This document shows, in pieces, positions 51,590 to 63,242 of a stretch of 64,000 nt of DNA. Each line of letters starts with the position of its first letter. Position 1 is the first letter of the stretch. The translations under genes were made by a program, and so were the position numbers. The stretch comes from Mobula hypostoma (taxonomy: Eukaryota). The stretch lies in contig NC_086108.1 of assembly GCF_963921235.1 (NCBI RefSeq), forward strand, positions 103,480,001 to 103,544,000, written 5' to 3'. The notes beneath the pieces were generated by a model that worked only from the letters and a program-made list of their open reading frames with translations, did not search any database and was not told where the DNA came from.

Positions 51590-53155
51590 AATTGGTTCGA
51601 TATTGTCACATTGAAAAGCTTGTCTTGCATACTGCTCATATAGATCAAATCATTACACAATAGGTCAACCGAGGTAAAATAATAAAGTATAACAGCTATA
51701 GAGAAAGTGCAGTGCAGGTAGACAATAAAGTGGAAGATGATAATGAAGTAGATCGTGAAGTCAGAAGTCCATCCTGTTGTACAAGGGTAGCTGTCTCAAG
51801 CCCGGTGGTACATGCTTTCAGGCCTGTGTATCTTCTGTCATTCCTCCCAACACCTTCAAGATCGTTTCTTTCTAAATTCATGCTTTTCTCACCCACTTTA
51901 TCATTTAAATAAAAGGGAGCAATAATTTGTTACTGGACCAAGTATGGATGTTTGAAATTGGCTTATTATTGTTACAGTGAAAAGATTGTCTTGCATACTG
52001 TTTATACAGATCAAATCACACAGTGCATTGAAATAGTACAAAGTTCAAAGTAAATTTATTATTAAAGTATGTATATGTCACCCTATACTACCCTGAGATT
52101 CATTTTCTTGTAGAAATTCACAGCAGAACAAAGAAATATAATAGAATTAATTTCAAAACTACATGCAAAGACTGAAAAGCAACCATTGTATTTGCAGTTT
52201 GTCTTTTGCACAAAAATAACCAAATAAATAAATGCTGAGAACATGAGGTGCAGAGCCCTTGAAAGTGAGGCTTTGTTTAGTGACCAGTCCAGTGTTGTGG
52301 TGAGTGAAGTTGTCCGCACTGCTGGCTGAAGGTTAATAACTGTGCCTGAACCTGGTGGTATGGGACCTGAGGCTCCTGTATCTCCTTCCAACTGTAGCAC
52401 CCAGAAGAGAGCATGGCCTGGATGGTGGGAGTCCTTGCTGATGGATGCTGCTTTCGTGTGGCAATATTCCTTACAGATGTGCTCAACAGTGCCTGTGATG
52501 GACTGGGCTGTACTCATCACTTTTTGTAGGCTTCTCTGCTCTTAGACATTGGTGCTTCCATTCCAGGCCATGATGCAACCAGTCAAAATATTCTCCACTG
52601 GGCATCTACAGAAGGTTGTTAAAGCTTTAGATGACATGCCAGATCTGTGCCAAGTTCTAAGAAAGTGGAGGTGCACCTGTGCCTTCTTTGAAAAGGCACA
52701 TACACGATGATCTCAGGACAGATGCTGTGAAATGATAAAGTTGTTGACCCTCTCCACCTCCAATTCTGAATGGTTTCTTCCTTCGGAAGTCAATAATCAG
52801 CTCCTTGTTCTTGCTGACACTGAGTGAGAGGCTGTTGTTGTGGCATCACCACTCAGCCATCTCCCTCCCAGCGGCTGATTCATCACCACCTTTGATTCGG
52901 CCAACAACAGTAAAACAGAAACAATAAAACAAACGCAAAAGTAAAACAATGACAGAAAGCAGAATGAAATGTGACAATTACAGAGAAAGTACAGTGCAGG
53001 CAAACAATAAGGTGCAAGATCATAACGAGGTAGGTCAAGAGTACAACTTATTATTCTAGAGGACTGTTTAGTAGTCTTGTAACAGTGGGCTAGCAGCTGT
53101 CCTTGAGCCTGGTGAAATTGGAATTGGAATTGGTTTATTATTTTCACATGTACTG
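51590..53155 (-). mobile_element. Cluster of nested Rex1/Babar 3' ends
   Basis: Repeated tail blocks (aaagcttgtcttgcatactg; agagaaagtgcagtgcagg) and minus ORF AQSITGTVEHICKEYC..KAASISKDSHHPGHALF. Confidence 0.7.
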
Positions 53156-53428
53156 AGGTAGGTTGGTCCCTTAACATTGTTATAGTCCAGGACCAGTTCC
53201 CACTATTAAATGCTCCCAAAGGGGTGCACCTCAAATAGCCCCCTGACAGCCATAGCCAGCTCCTGGCCTTCACGAGTGGCTTAACTACTAAGCCCAGTGG
53301 AAACATTTCTGCTGGCAGAAGGGGCAAAGGCGAGTAACTGGTGCTTAAAACCCGTCGTTTCAGGCAGATGGGGTTTGTCAGCCATGGTTGGAAGCTCATC
53401 TAGGAGAAAGAAAACTCTGATCTCAAAC

Positions 53429-53597
53429 GCAAACAACAGGAATTCTGCGGATGCTGGAAATTCAAGCAACACACATCAAAGTTGCTGGTGAACGCAGTTA
53501 GTCCTGACGAAGGGTCTCGGCCTGAAACGTCGACTGCACCTCTTCCTACAGATGCTGCCTGGCCTGCTGCATTCACCAGCAACTTTGATGTGTGTTG
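53429..53597. mobile_element. Short partly palindromic PLE insertion
   Basis: TSD ctctgatctcaaac at 53415-53428 and 53598-53611. Confidence 0.88.
53500..53535 (+). ncRNA. Minimal type I hammerhead ribozyme, intact core
   Basis: agtc-CTGACGA(53504-53510)-agggtctcggcct-GAAA(53524-53527)C-GTC(53529-53531)-gact. Confidence 0.8.
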
Positions 53598-54869
53598 CTC
53601 TGATCTCAAACCTCTACTGCCTTGTGGCTATACCCACTTATGGGGAGGGCTTTGTGAGTAAACCCCAGGGGAAAAATCCAGAGCTGGAGTCCCTCAGGCC
53701 ACACTGAGTTCAATGCTGACTGGCAACTCCTGCGATGCTGCTGGTGCCAAATTGTATCGGTCTCTGCCGTACCTTTGGGTCCATCAGATGCGTGGAGAGG
53801 GGGAGCTTGCTAAGTGAGCAACAGCTTGTTCCCCATATCGTACTGCCCAGGCTTGTCTATCTCGGATTCAACACCCATGGTTGACTCTGACCTACGGAGG
53901 CCTCAGAGGTAAAGTGAAAAGCCTGTCTTGCATAACTGCGCACACAGATCAAATGATTGCACAATTCGTTGAGGTAATACAAGGTAAAACAATAAGAAAA
54001 TGCAGAATTAAGTGTAACAGCTACAGAGACAGTGCAGTGCAGGTAGACAACACGGTGCAAGATCATAACGAGGTAGATTGTGAGTGCAGGAGTCCATTTT
54101 ATCACACTAGAGAACCATGTAATAGTCTTATAACAGCAGAATTTGTCCTTCAGCCTGATGATATGTGCTTTCAGGTTTTTATACCTTGTGTGATGACTTC
54201 ATTCATTTAATGCAATGTAGATTATAATTACAAAAAACAGAAATATTTTATATGGAAAAAAATATATACATATCTCAACATTCCCTATAATTATTTGCTT
54301 TGTTCTGAGCAAGAATTTTTTTTGACACAGCCTGAAAACTATGCTGCATTTTAATTTTTTTTTGGTAATATGCACATCAAACAAACACAAATCACAACTC
54401 ATAACAAAAGTAAATGATATCAGGGAGTCAAAGCAACTGACAGGCAAAATGGCAAAACTAAAATGTTTTGACTGGATGGCGTTGGCATTCAACAGGACGG
54501 TGGTTTATTAACAATGAGCTGCCAACTTTCATTCTGTTTATTAATACAATTTGTAACAGTGTTGCAACTTGAAACACAGACAATGTAAAATTATTAAAGC
54601 TCTAAAAAGTTTCAAAGTGAAGGTTGTGGTACCTTTATTATTTATAAAATCTATTGATTATATTCATGAACACAATTAATTACAAGGTACTTTTTTTAAT
54701 TACGGGGTATTTTACAATTACATTAGTATAATTTCAAGAGAGAGTGCAGACACTGGAATCTGGAGCAACAATCTACTGGAAGAACTCATGGGTTAAGCAG
54801 CACCTCTGGGAGGAGAGCATTTATCAGTATTTCAGCTCAAAAGCCCTACAGAGTGTTGCTTCGGCCCAC

Positions 54870-55545
54870 AATGTTAGAAACATAGAAAACCAACAGAGCT
54901 GTGCCGAACATGTCCTTACCTTAGAAATTACCTAGGGTTACCCATAGTCCTCTATTTTTCTAGGCTCCATGTACCTATCCAGGAGCCTCTTAAAAGACCA
55001 TATCGTTTCCGCCTCCACCACCGTCGCTGGCTGCCCATTCCACACACTCACCACTCTCTGCGTAGGGAAAAAACTTACCCCTGACATCTCCTCTGTACCT
55101 ACTTCCAAGCACCTTAAAACTGTACCCTCTCGTGCTAGCCATTTCAGCCCTGGGAAAAAGCCTCTGATTATCCACACGATCAATGCCCCTCATCATCTTC
55201 TATACCTCTATCAGGTCACCTCTCATCCTCCATCACTCCAAGGAGAAAAGGCCAAGTTCGCTCAACCTATTCTCATAAGGCATGCTCCCCAATCCAGGCA
55301 ACTTCCTTGTAAATCTCCTCTGCACCCTTTCTATAGTTTCCACATCCTTCCTGTAGTGAGGCGTCCAGAACTGAGCACAGTACTCCAAGTGCGGTCTGAC
55401 CAGGGTCCTATATAGTTGCAACATTACCTCTCAGCTCCTAAACTCAATTCCCACGATTGATGAAGGCCAATACACCGTATGTCTTCTTAACCACAGAGTC
55501 AATCTGCACAGCTGCTTTGAGCGTCCTATGGACTCGGACCCCAGG
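54870..55545 (-). mobile_element. CR1 LINE 3' fragment
   Basis: [27 protein letters not shown]; reverse tail tagaaacatagaaaa. Confidence 0.9.
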
Positions 55546-56178
55546 ACTAATCAGTGAAACAGCCTCGTTTCCTTGGCTGCGTGAGTCTAGAGAAGACACT
55601 CTCAAATCCTGCCAAACTCGTGAGATCGAGATGGCTCTTCCCACCCCAAACCCTGGTTTGTGTGGATGCTATCTAATTTGCCACCCTGGTACCAATTAGT
55701 GCCACAAAATAACAGCACACTGCATACAATTAAAGGAATTATATTTATGAATCTTAACCAAAGGGTTAGTAAAGAAAAACAAAAAGAAAAGGGCCCATTC
55801 TAATGAAACAGTCTAATGTGCACAAGTTGAAGCTCATCTTGAACGTCTTTGTCACTCACGCGCCGGGCCCTCAGTCAGTGTGAACGCCCACACCACCTCC
55901 TGAATGTCGGTTGCAACCCACCTCGAACAAACGGGTAAGCTACGACTGGTTCTCCCCAGCGTCTTCTCCCTTCATCTCCTCTCGAACAAAAGTCCAAGAC
56001 CAACCTTATTGTCCCTCACCAAAAAAAACCTCCCACTAATTGGATAGCACACATTCCTCATCATCCTTTATCTTCAACAGTAACCCAAACAGGCTGAAAG
56101 CAGAACAGACTGCTCTTACAGAATTACAAAATGAAATACCTACGGCATAACAATAAAGGTATGAACCAGGGCATTACA
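55546..56178. mobile_element. Probable truncated Gypsy-type LTR
   Basis: Ends aaccagggcattaca (reverse complement TGTAATGCCCTGGTT, a TG...CA LTR-type terminus); CpG-retaining and non-coding; other end not seen. Confidence 0.4.
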
Positions 56179-57244
56179 CTAGTTAAACTAGTAATTAAGC
56201 ACCGAACTAAACTAATCCCTTCTGCCTGCACAATGTCCATATCCCTCCATTCTCTGCATTCACTCACTTCATAACTTCACTCGCCTCAGCTCTGAACTGA
56301 TTCTACAACCTGCAAGGACTTTGCAGCTCATGTTCTCAATATTATTTATTCTTCTACTTGTCTTATTTTGCACAATGCTTGTTTGTCAGACTTTGTTAAA
56401 ACATATTTTTCATTAATTCTATTTATGAAATTATTTCTTTATTTTCCTGTAAATGCCTGAAAGAAAATGGATCTCATATGATGACTTTGACATTCATACG
56501 CCTATCTAAGAACCCCTGAATCACCTCTATCATATTTGTCTCCACTACACGTTCCAGGCTCCCACTATTTTCTGTCTGAAAAAAAAACCTGGGCCACACA
56601 TCAACTTCAAACTTGCCCCCACTCACCTTCAACACACACCCTCTAGGATTAGACCCCAGAAGAAAGATACTGGCTGTTTACTCCAGCCTGCGCCTCTCAC
56701 AAACTTACAAGAAGAATATTTATATTGCACTATTAAAATTAGTAACTTCTTGCTGAGGAAAATATTGAATGCTTTGAAATTTCCAACTGATCGAAACAGG
56801 CCAAGCAGAACAAGCCATTGCTCGGATTGCATGATGCATGAGGTTCTGTTATTATGATTATAAAATCGCGGAACAAAATGTGATTGTCTGTGAATTACCC
56901 TCAGGCAGACTGGGAATGGCAATAACTATTGGCCAGTCGGCAATGCCCATGTACCATGAATGAACAAATATAAGATCATAGACGTTAATAGCACAGCAGT
57001 GTGCAATTCGGCGCTACATTTCCTCATCAGCCAAAGATGAATCTACTTTTATAACTCCCATTTCCCTGCTCTCACTCTGTAACCTGGTAGGTTATCTGCC
57101 ACAAATTCTTATTCATGTACAGATTAAATGATCATTTGAAATTAAAAACACATTACATAATTTACATTGATATGATTTGTTATTTTAACTGATAAAGTAC
57201 CAATTAAGAGTATTTCAGAATTTGAAACAGACTTGATTATTACT

Positions 57245-57970
57245 GACTTGGTGCAAAGGGACCTGGGAATCCTTGAGCAAGATTCCCTAAAGGTTAATTT
57301 GCAGGTTGAGTCGGTGGTGAGGAAGGCAAATGCAATGTTGGCACTAATTTTCAAGGGGATTAGAATATAAAAGCAAGGATGTAATGTTGAGGCTTTATAA
57401 AGTGCTGGTGAGGCCTCACGGAGTATTGTGAGCTGTTTTGGGCCCCTTAATTAAGAAAGGATGTGCTGACCTTGTTTCAGAGGAGGTTCATGAGGATGAT
57501 TCTGGGAATGAAAGGCTTATCAAATGAAGAATGATTGATGGCTCTGGGCCTGTACTCACTGGAATTCGGAAGAATGAGGGGAGTATCTCATTGAAACCTA
57601 TTGAATGTTGAAAGGTCTTGGTAGAGTGGATGTGGAGAGGATATTTCCTATGTTGGGGTGTCTAGGACCAGACAGCACAGTCTCAGAATAGAGGGGTGTT
57701 CATTTAGAACGGAGATGAGAAGGAATTTTTTTAGCCAGAAGGAGGTGAATCTGTGGAATTTGTTGTCATAGGCAGCTGTGGAGGCCAAGTCGTTGGGTAT
57801 ATTTAAGGCGGAGGTTGATAGATTCTTGATTGGTCAAGGCATGAAGGGATACAGGGAGACGCACGAATCTGGGGCTGGGATGGAAATGGATCAGCTGTGA
57901 TGAAATGATGGAGAAGATTCAGTGGTCAAAATGGCCTAATTCTGCTCCTATATCTCATGGATTTATGGAT
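57245..57970 (+). mobile_element. CR1 LINE 3' fragment
   Basis: Same subfamily as 10465-11180. Confidence 0.85.
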
Positions 57971-57974
57971 TATA

Positions 57975-58700
57975 TGACATGAAATTTGTTGTGTGTGACG
58001 GGAGTACAAAGCAAAGACATAAAAATTATTGTCTTTTTGTACTATATTAGAAAAATGAATAATTTTGTGCAAAGGAAAGGAATAACGAGGTATTGTTCAT
58101 GGACCATTCAGAAATATGATGGCAGAGGGGCAGAAGGTGATCCTGATTCATTGAGTGTGGGTCATGAAGCTCCTGTTCTTTCTCGCTGATGGCAGCCATG
58201 AGAAAAGGGCATGTCACAGATGGTAGTCATGAGTGATGGATGCCATCTGCTTGAGGCCCTACTTTTGGGACAGTTGTGCCCATGATGGAGCAGGTTGTAT
58301 CTACTATCTTCCGTGCCTCTTGTGATTCCGTGCATTGGAGCCTCCATACCGGGCTGTGATACAACCAGTCAGAGTGCTCTCCACTGTAGATCCATGGAAA
58401 ATTGCAAGTCCTTGCTGTCATACCAAATCTCTTCAAATTCCTAACAAATTAGAGCTGCCGGCATGCTTTCTTCCTGATAGCATCACTGTTTTAGGCACAG
58501 GGTAGATCCTCCAAGATATCAATGTCCAGGATCTGTCCTGTTTTCTCCTGACTTCCCCTTCCTGAAAACCACAGGCAGTTCTCTGGTCTTCCTAATATTG
58601 AGTGCACAGTTGTTGTTGCGATGTTACTCAACCAGCTGATCTGTCTCACTCCTGTACGCTTCCTCATCTCCATCTGAGATTCTGCCAACAACACTGGTTA
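57975..58700 (-). mobile_element. Rex1/Babar 3' fragment
   Basis: Minus ORFs LKRFGMTART...; tail gacatgaaatttgttg. Confidence 0.65.
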
Positions 58701-59315
58701 TCCATGTGCATTAAATAATTTATACTGATAAAATTTGTTACATTAAATGAAAAAAGTACCAGTTAAGAGTACTTCAGAATCAGAAACAGATTTGATTTAA
58801 ATTAAAGCATACAATTCTCACCTACCTGAATCCTTTCCAATGCACTGATGTGACAAAATGATCTGTACAGATGACATTCAAGGTTGTTCACTGTACCTTA
58901 GTACAGGTGACAATAATAAACCAATTTACCATTTTACCTGCCTATAAAACACACAAGTTGCTTTAGAAATGTCTCTGCAGATTTTTAGAAGATTTTAAAG
59001 TAATCGTTATTGCTCTAGTGAAGCCCTTTGACCAGTAATGGACATCTTTGGTGTCAAATTACTAGTTCAGAAAAGGAAAATAAAACCCAGATGCTGGATA
59101 TATTAAATCCCAACAGAAAATTGCAGCACAAGAGACTGCAAAATGATGGGAGTCTAAGAACAAAAATCAAACTACTGGAGGAACTCAGTGGCTCAAACAG
59201 CAGTTGTGGGGGAGGGGGAGTGGATGGGGAAGGCATTTTCAAAGATTAGCTTTATTTGCCACATGTACATTGAAACATCAAAACAGTGAAATGTGTCTTT
59301 GCGTCAAATCAAATC

Positions 59316-59706
59316 GACGAAGGATGAGAGGTGTATAAGATGATGAGAGAGAGGCATTGATCGTTTGGATAGACAGAGGCTTTTTCCCAGGGCTGAAATG
59401 GCTAACACGAGAGGGCACAGGTTTAAGGTGCTTGGAAGCAGGTACAGAGGAGATGTCAGGGGTAAGTTTTTTTTTACGCAGAGCGTGGTAAAGTGCATGG
59501 AACGGGCTGCCAGCGACAGTGGTGGAGGCGGATACAATAGGGTCTTTTAAGAGACTCCTGGATAGGTACATGGAGCTCAGAAAAATAGAGGGCTGTTGAT
59601 AACCCTAGGTAATTTCTTAATTAAGTACAAGTTTCGCACAGCATTGTGGGCTGAAGGGCCTGTATTGTGCTGTAGGCTTTCTATGTTTCTATGTCTATGT
59701 TTCTAA
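59316..59706 (+). mobile_element. CR1 LINE 3' end
   Basis: DRQRLFPRAEMANTRGHRFKVLGSRYRGDVRGKFFF; (ttctatg)n tail; inverted close match to 54915-55215. Confidence 0.9.
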
Positions 59707-59739
59707 ATTAATGAGGATTGTGCTGAGCACAGTTCACAC

Positions 59740-62285
59740 CAGTGATGCCCAAGGGCATGGTTATGTGCCCTAAGGGGGCATTAGAGGAAATAGAAGTCAT
59801 CAAAGGGGGCGGGGCATTCAAGATTCTTGATGGGGGGGTGTGGCAGTAAGCTGACCCTAACTTGAGACAAGAGACCTGACCTACTGTTAGTACAGCAGGC
59901 TCTTCGGAGAAAAAGGATGAGGCACTGGAACCCGGCAAAAACCATAGCTCTGCAGGTGTGAGCACTCATCGTCACAATGCACTTGAACCCAACAGTCTCA
60001 TCCAACCTTACAGACATTATTGAGGAAGCATAAATTAACAACAGGGTGCCCAACAGTGCCCCTTGATTCATGGCATGGTACAAGCTCATGCAATTTAACA
60101 GTTAGTAAGTCAAGTACACCCTCTCAGATTTCTCTACAAATCTATGGAAAACAGGTCTCTAAATGATACCACACTGGCTGGAACCAAATGGTAAAATAGA
60201 GCTAATCATTGAACCTGCTGACCTCAAGGATTCCTCCTGAGCTGTTCAAAGTGACCTTGACTTCATATGAGCAGTCAAGAACCATCATTGGGGATAATGA
60301 GACCTTATGTGATTGGTCAATCACGCTAACTGGAATAGTATAAAGGTAGCTTCCCCAACACCAGCTCTATCCTGACTAACATTCAGATTCCAATCTGAAT
60401 GCTCGTCAATGTAATTTCCATTCCCATCAGGTCAGCGACACCCAATATGTCTTATTTGTAATACTGTACTGTCTAATGAAGTCATGAAAGCATCAAGATT
60501 GCAGGAACACTTCTGTAAAAGACACCCTGAAGATTCCAGTTTCAGAAGATGAAAGAAGCATTTGAAAAGCATTGCACACTTGAGTTATTTGCCAAGAAAG
60601 CTAAAAATAACCTTGAAAATTGTCTCATTGCTTCTTATAACATTTCCAAAATGATAGCAAAGTATGCAAAATCTCATAATTGGTGACACATTAATAATGC
60701 CTGCTGTATCAGAAGTGCTCACCACTGTTCTCAACCACTATCTTAAAATCAATTCCTCTGAGTAATAACTTTGTAACTTGTCGTATTGAGAAAATAAGTA
60801 AAGACATCAAGTATCAACTATGCACAGAGCTACAAAAAACTGAATTTGGGATATAACTGGATGAGTCAACAGTGCAAGATAATGACGCATTGCTAATAGT
60901 TTATCAAAAATGGAAAAGTTTATGAAGTTTATAAAAAGTTAAAAACAAGTATCAATGGAGAATCAATCTACAACGAGCTCAAAATGTACGTTAAGGATAA
61001 ATGTATTCTGATAGAAACATTTCTTGTGCAACAGGTGGAACGCCATATATGACAGGTCACCATGTTAGTTTAGTGGCATATATGAACAACAAAATTCCAA
61101 GTCTGTTTGCTACCCACTGTGTAATTCATCATCAACATACCACAGTCAAAAACCTCAGCCAGCGACTTTTCTCAAGCGTGACTCTTGTAATATCTATTAT
61201 CAACAAAATTAAAGCTCATCCATTAAATAGCAGAAAAATTCACCGGTTATGCCAAGTTAACGATAAAGAGTTTGAACGCTTACTCCTTCACACTGAAGTA
61301 TGTTGGCTGTCAAAAGGCTACTACTTAAAACATTTCTTCGATCTTTTTGACACTGTGGTTGAATTTTTGCTCAAAGTTGGCAAAAGCTTGGGAAGCAAGA
61401 TTGGACTTCTGCATGGAGATGTGGCATACCTAGCTAATCTGTATGACAAAATGAACATTCTAAATATGAAACTTCAGGGTGAGATTTTCAATTAATTCAA
61501 ACAAAAAGTGCAATGTCCACTTTTATAAGAAAATTGGAAATATATAAACAAAACACTGGGAGAAGAATGTTCTCACAGTTTCCCTGCATGGAAAATATGG
61601 CACTCTCTTTCACAGACAGTGATTTGCAAGAGTACTGCTTACACCTTCACTCACTAAAGAAGGATTTTCAGAATCGATTCAAGGATTTGAACAATCTGGA
61701 AATTCCGGACGGGATAATTAACCCATTTCTTTGCAAGGTGGAAGAACAGGAAGAGAGCTTGCAAGAAGAAATTATCGAAATTCAGACTGATGAAGAAGCA
61801 AAAAGGCTTTTCAAAAATGTCAGTGTTTGTGGTACATGGCTACAGTGTCATATGGAGTTTCCTGGTCTTTGGAGAAGAGCCAAACTGTTCTTCATTGCAT
61901 TTCCATCCTCCCACAATGTTGAAAGAGGCTTCAGTGCAGTGAACCATATACTCACAAAAAACAGAACCCGCTGGACATTGTTATACATGTGGACTTAAGG
62001 ATTTTGCTGTCACAGCTTGAACCAGGTATTTCAACTCTTGCTAAAACCCATCAAGCTCAAGGATCACAATATATCAAAGCTGCTGTACAACACATGGGTA
62101 CTCTGTAAGCTAGTTTTAAAGACAAATAAAAATTTAAAGCAGAATAATTTTTCTCTTGTTAGCATGTGGTAGAAATGTTTTTACACTATGGGGCACCAGA
62201 AAGTATATTGTGCCTAAGAGGGGCATTGGCAAGTATGAAGGTGCTTTAGGGGGGCATTGGACTAAAAAAAAATTGTGAAACACTG
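59740..62285 (+). mobile_element. hAT (Buster/Charlie-type) DNA transposon, decayed
   Basis: Termini cagtgatgcccaa / ttgtgaaacactg, subterminal gggggcatt repeats, internal transposase; no exact TSD. Confidence 0.8.
60400..62070 (+). pseudogene. hAT transposase (ZBED8/SCAND3-like), disrupted
   Basis: C.TVLSNEVMKASRLQEHFCKRHP (BED region), LDEST, HCVIH, LLLHTEVCWLSKG, FPSSHNVERGFSA; stops and frameshifts. Confidence 0.9.
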
Positions 62286-62289
62286 ATCT

Positions 62290-62500
62290 ACATGTAAGAG
62301 TCGCCATGCTCCTGGCACCAACATAACATGCCCACAACTTATGAATCCTAACCGCACATTTTTGGTAAGTGGGAGGAAACCGGAGCACTCAGAGGAAATC
62401 CACATGGTCACCGGGTGGGGGGGGGGTGGTATAAACGTCCTACAGACAGCGGTGGGAATAGAACCCTGACTGGTGATCGCTGCTGCTGTAAAGCGATGCG
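62290..62500 (-). mobile_element. V-SINE whose tail lies at 59240-59315 and 59707-59739
   Basis: gtgggaggaaaccggagcactcagaggaaatccac V domain; the remaining body is colinear with the reverse of 46500-46670. Confidence 0.65.
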
Positions 62501-62679
62501 TCAGTAGAAATGGCTCTGCCAGGCTTAACAGCTAAGCTACACATGAAGGCCAGGAGCGGGACTTAGTTGTCAGAGGCTATTTGAAATGCACCTTCACTTG
62601 GAGCATTTATTAGGCAGTGGGAGCTTATGTCCACTACCAGACCCGGCTATAACAACTTTAAGGAACCAGGGTAGAATGA

Positions 62680-62895
62680 CAATTAGCATAATGCTTTACA
62701 GCACCAGCAATCCAGGTTCAATTCCCGCTGCTGATTGTAAGGAGTTTGTATGTTCTTCCCATGACAATGTGGGAGTGTTTCAGTTTTCCACATTCCAAAG
62801 ACGTACAAGTCAGTAGGTTAATTGGTCACATGGGTGTAAATGGGTAGAACAGGCTTGTTGAGCTAGAAGGTGCTGTTGCTGTGCTGTGTCTCTAA
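62680..62895 (+). mobile_element. V-SINE / HE1-like SINE
   Basis: B-box ggttcaattcc, gtaaggagtttgtatgttcttcc, CR1-type tail. Confidence 0.7.
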
Positions 62896-63242
62896 AAAAA
62901 ACTGAGATGCTGTGCTCATCTGATGTGAGAAGCCCAGCTTAACTGAGCCAACTTCATCTGTCCCCACCCTCTGAGCTAACACTGAAGGATTGAAAGACAA
63001 AGGATCACTTGAGAAGTGCTGACTGAAGCAGAGAAACAGGTGTAACTGTACAGTGAGGATAGACTATTAAAGCAAATGGAACATTTATTTCACGTTAATA
63101 GTAATACATCTTCCAATTTTCAAATCCAGTGCTGAGGAAGGACATTTCATGCAGTTAAAATATTTTAAATACCCATTTTAATCGAAAGATTTTTATTAAA
63201 ACAAAATCCACCCAAACTGATTCCGTCTGATTAACAGCATTA

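Larger units (their letters stand above)
53160..53860 (+). mobile_element. RTE-type element 5' region
   Basis: ctaggagaaagaaaactctgatctcaaacc is an RTE-like 5' signature; homologs at 62505-62670 (-) and 30165-30395 (-). Confidence 0.6.

Noticed and set aside
52797..53399. 200-aa minus-strand ORF
   Set aside because: It spans the antisense of an RTE-type 5' region and Rex1 tails; not coherent.
60400..62070. Domesticated ZBED8/SCAND3-type gene
   Set aside because: Multiple stops and frameshifts, retained TIR-like ends, and insertion inside a SINE.
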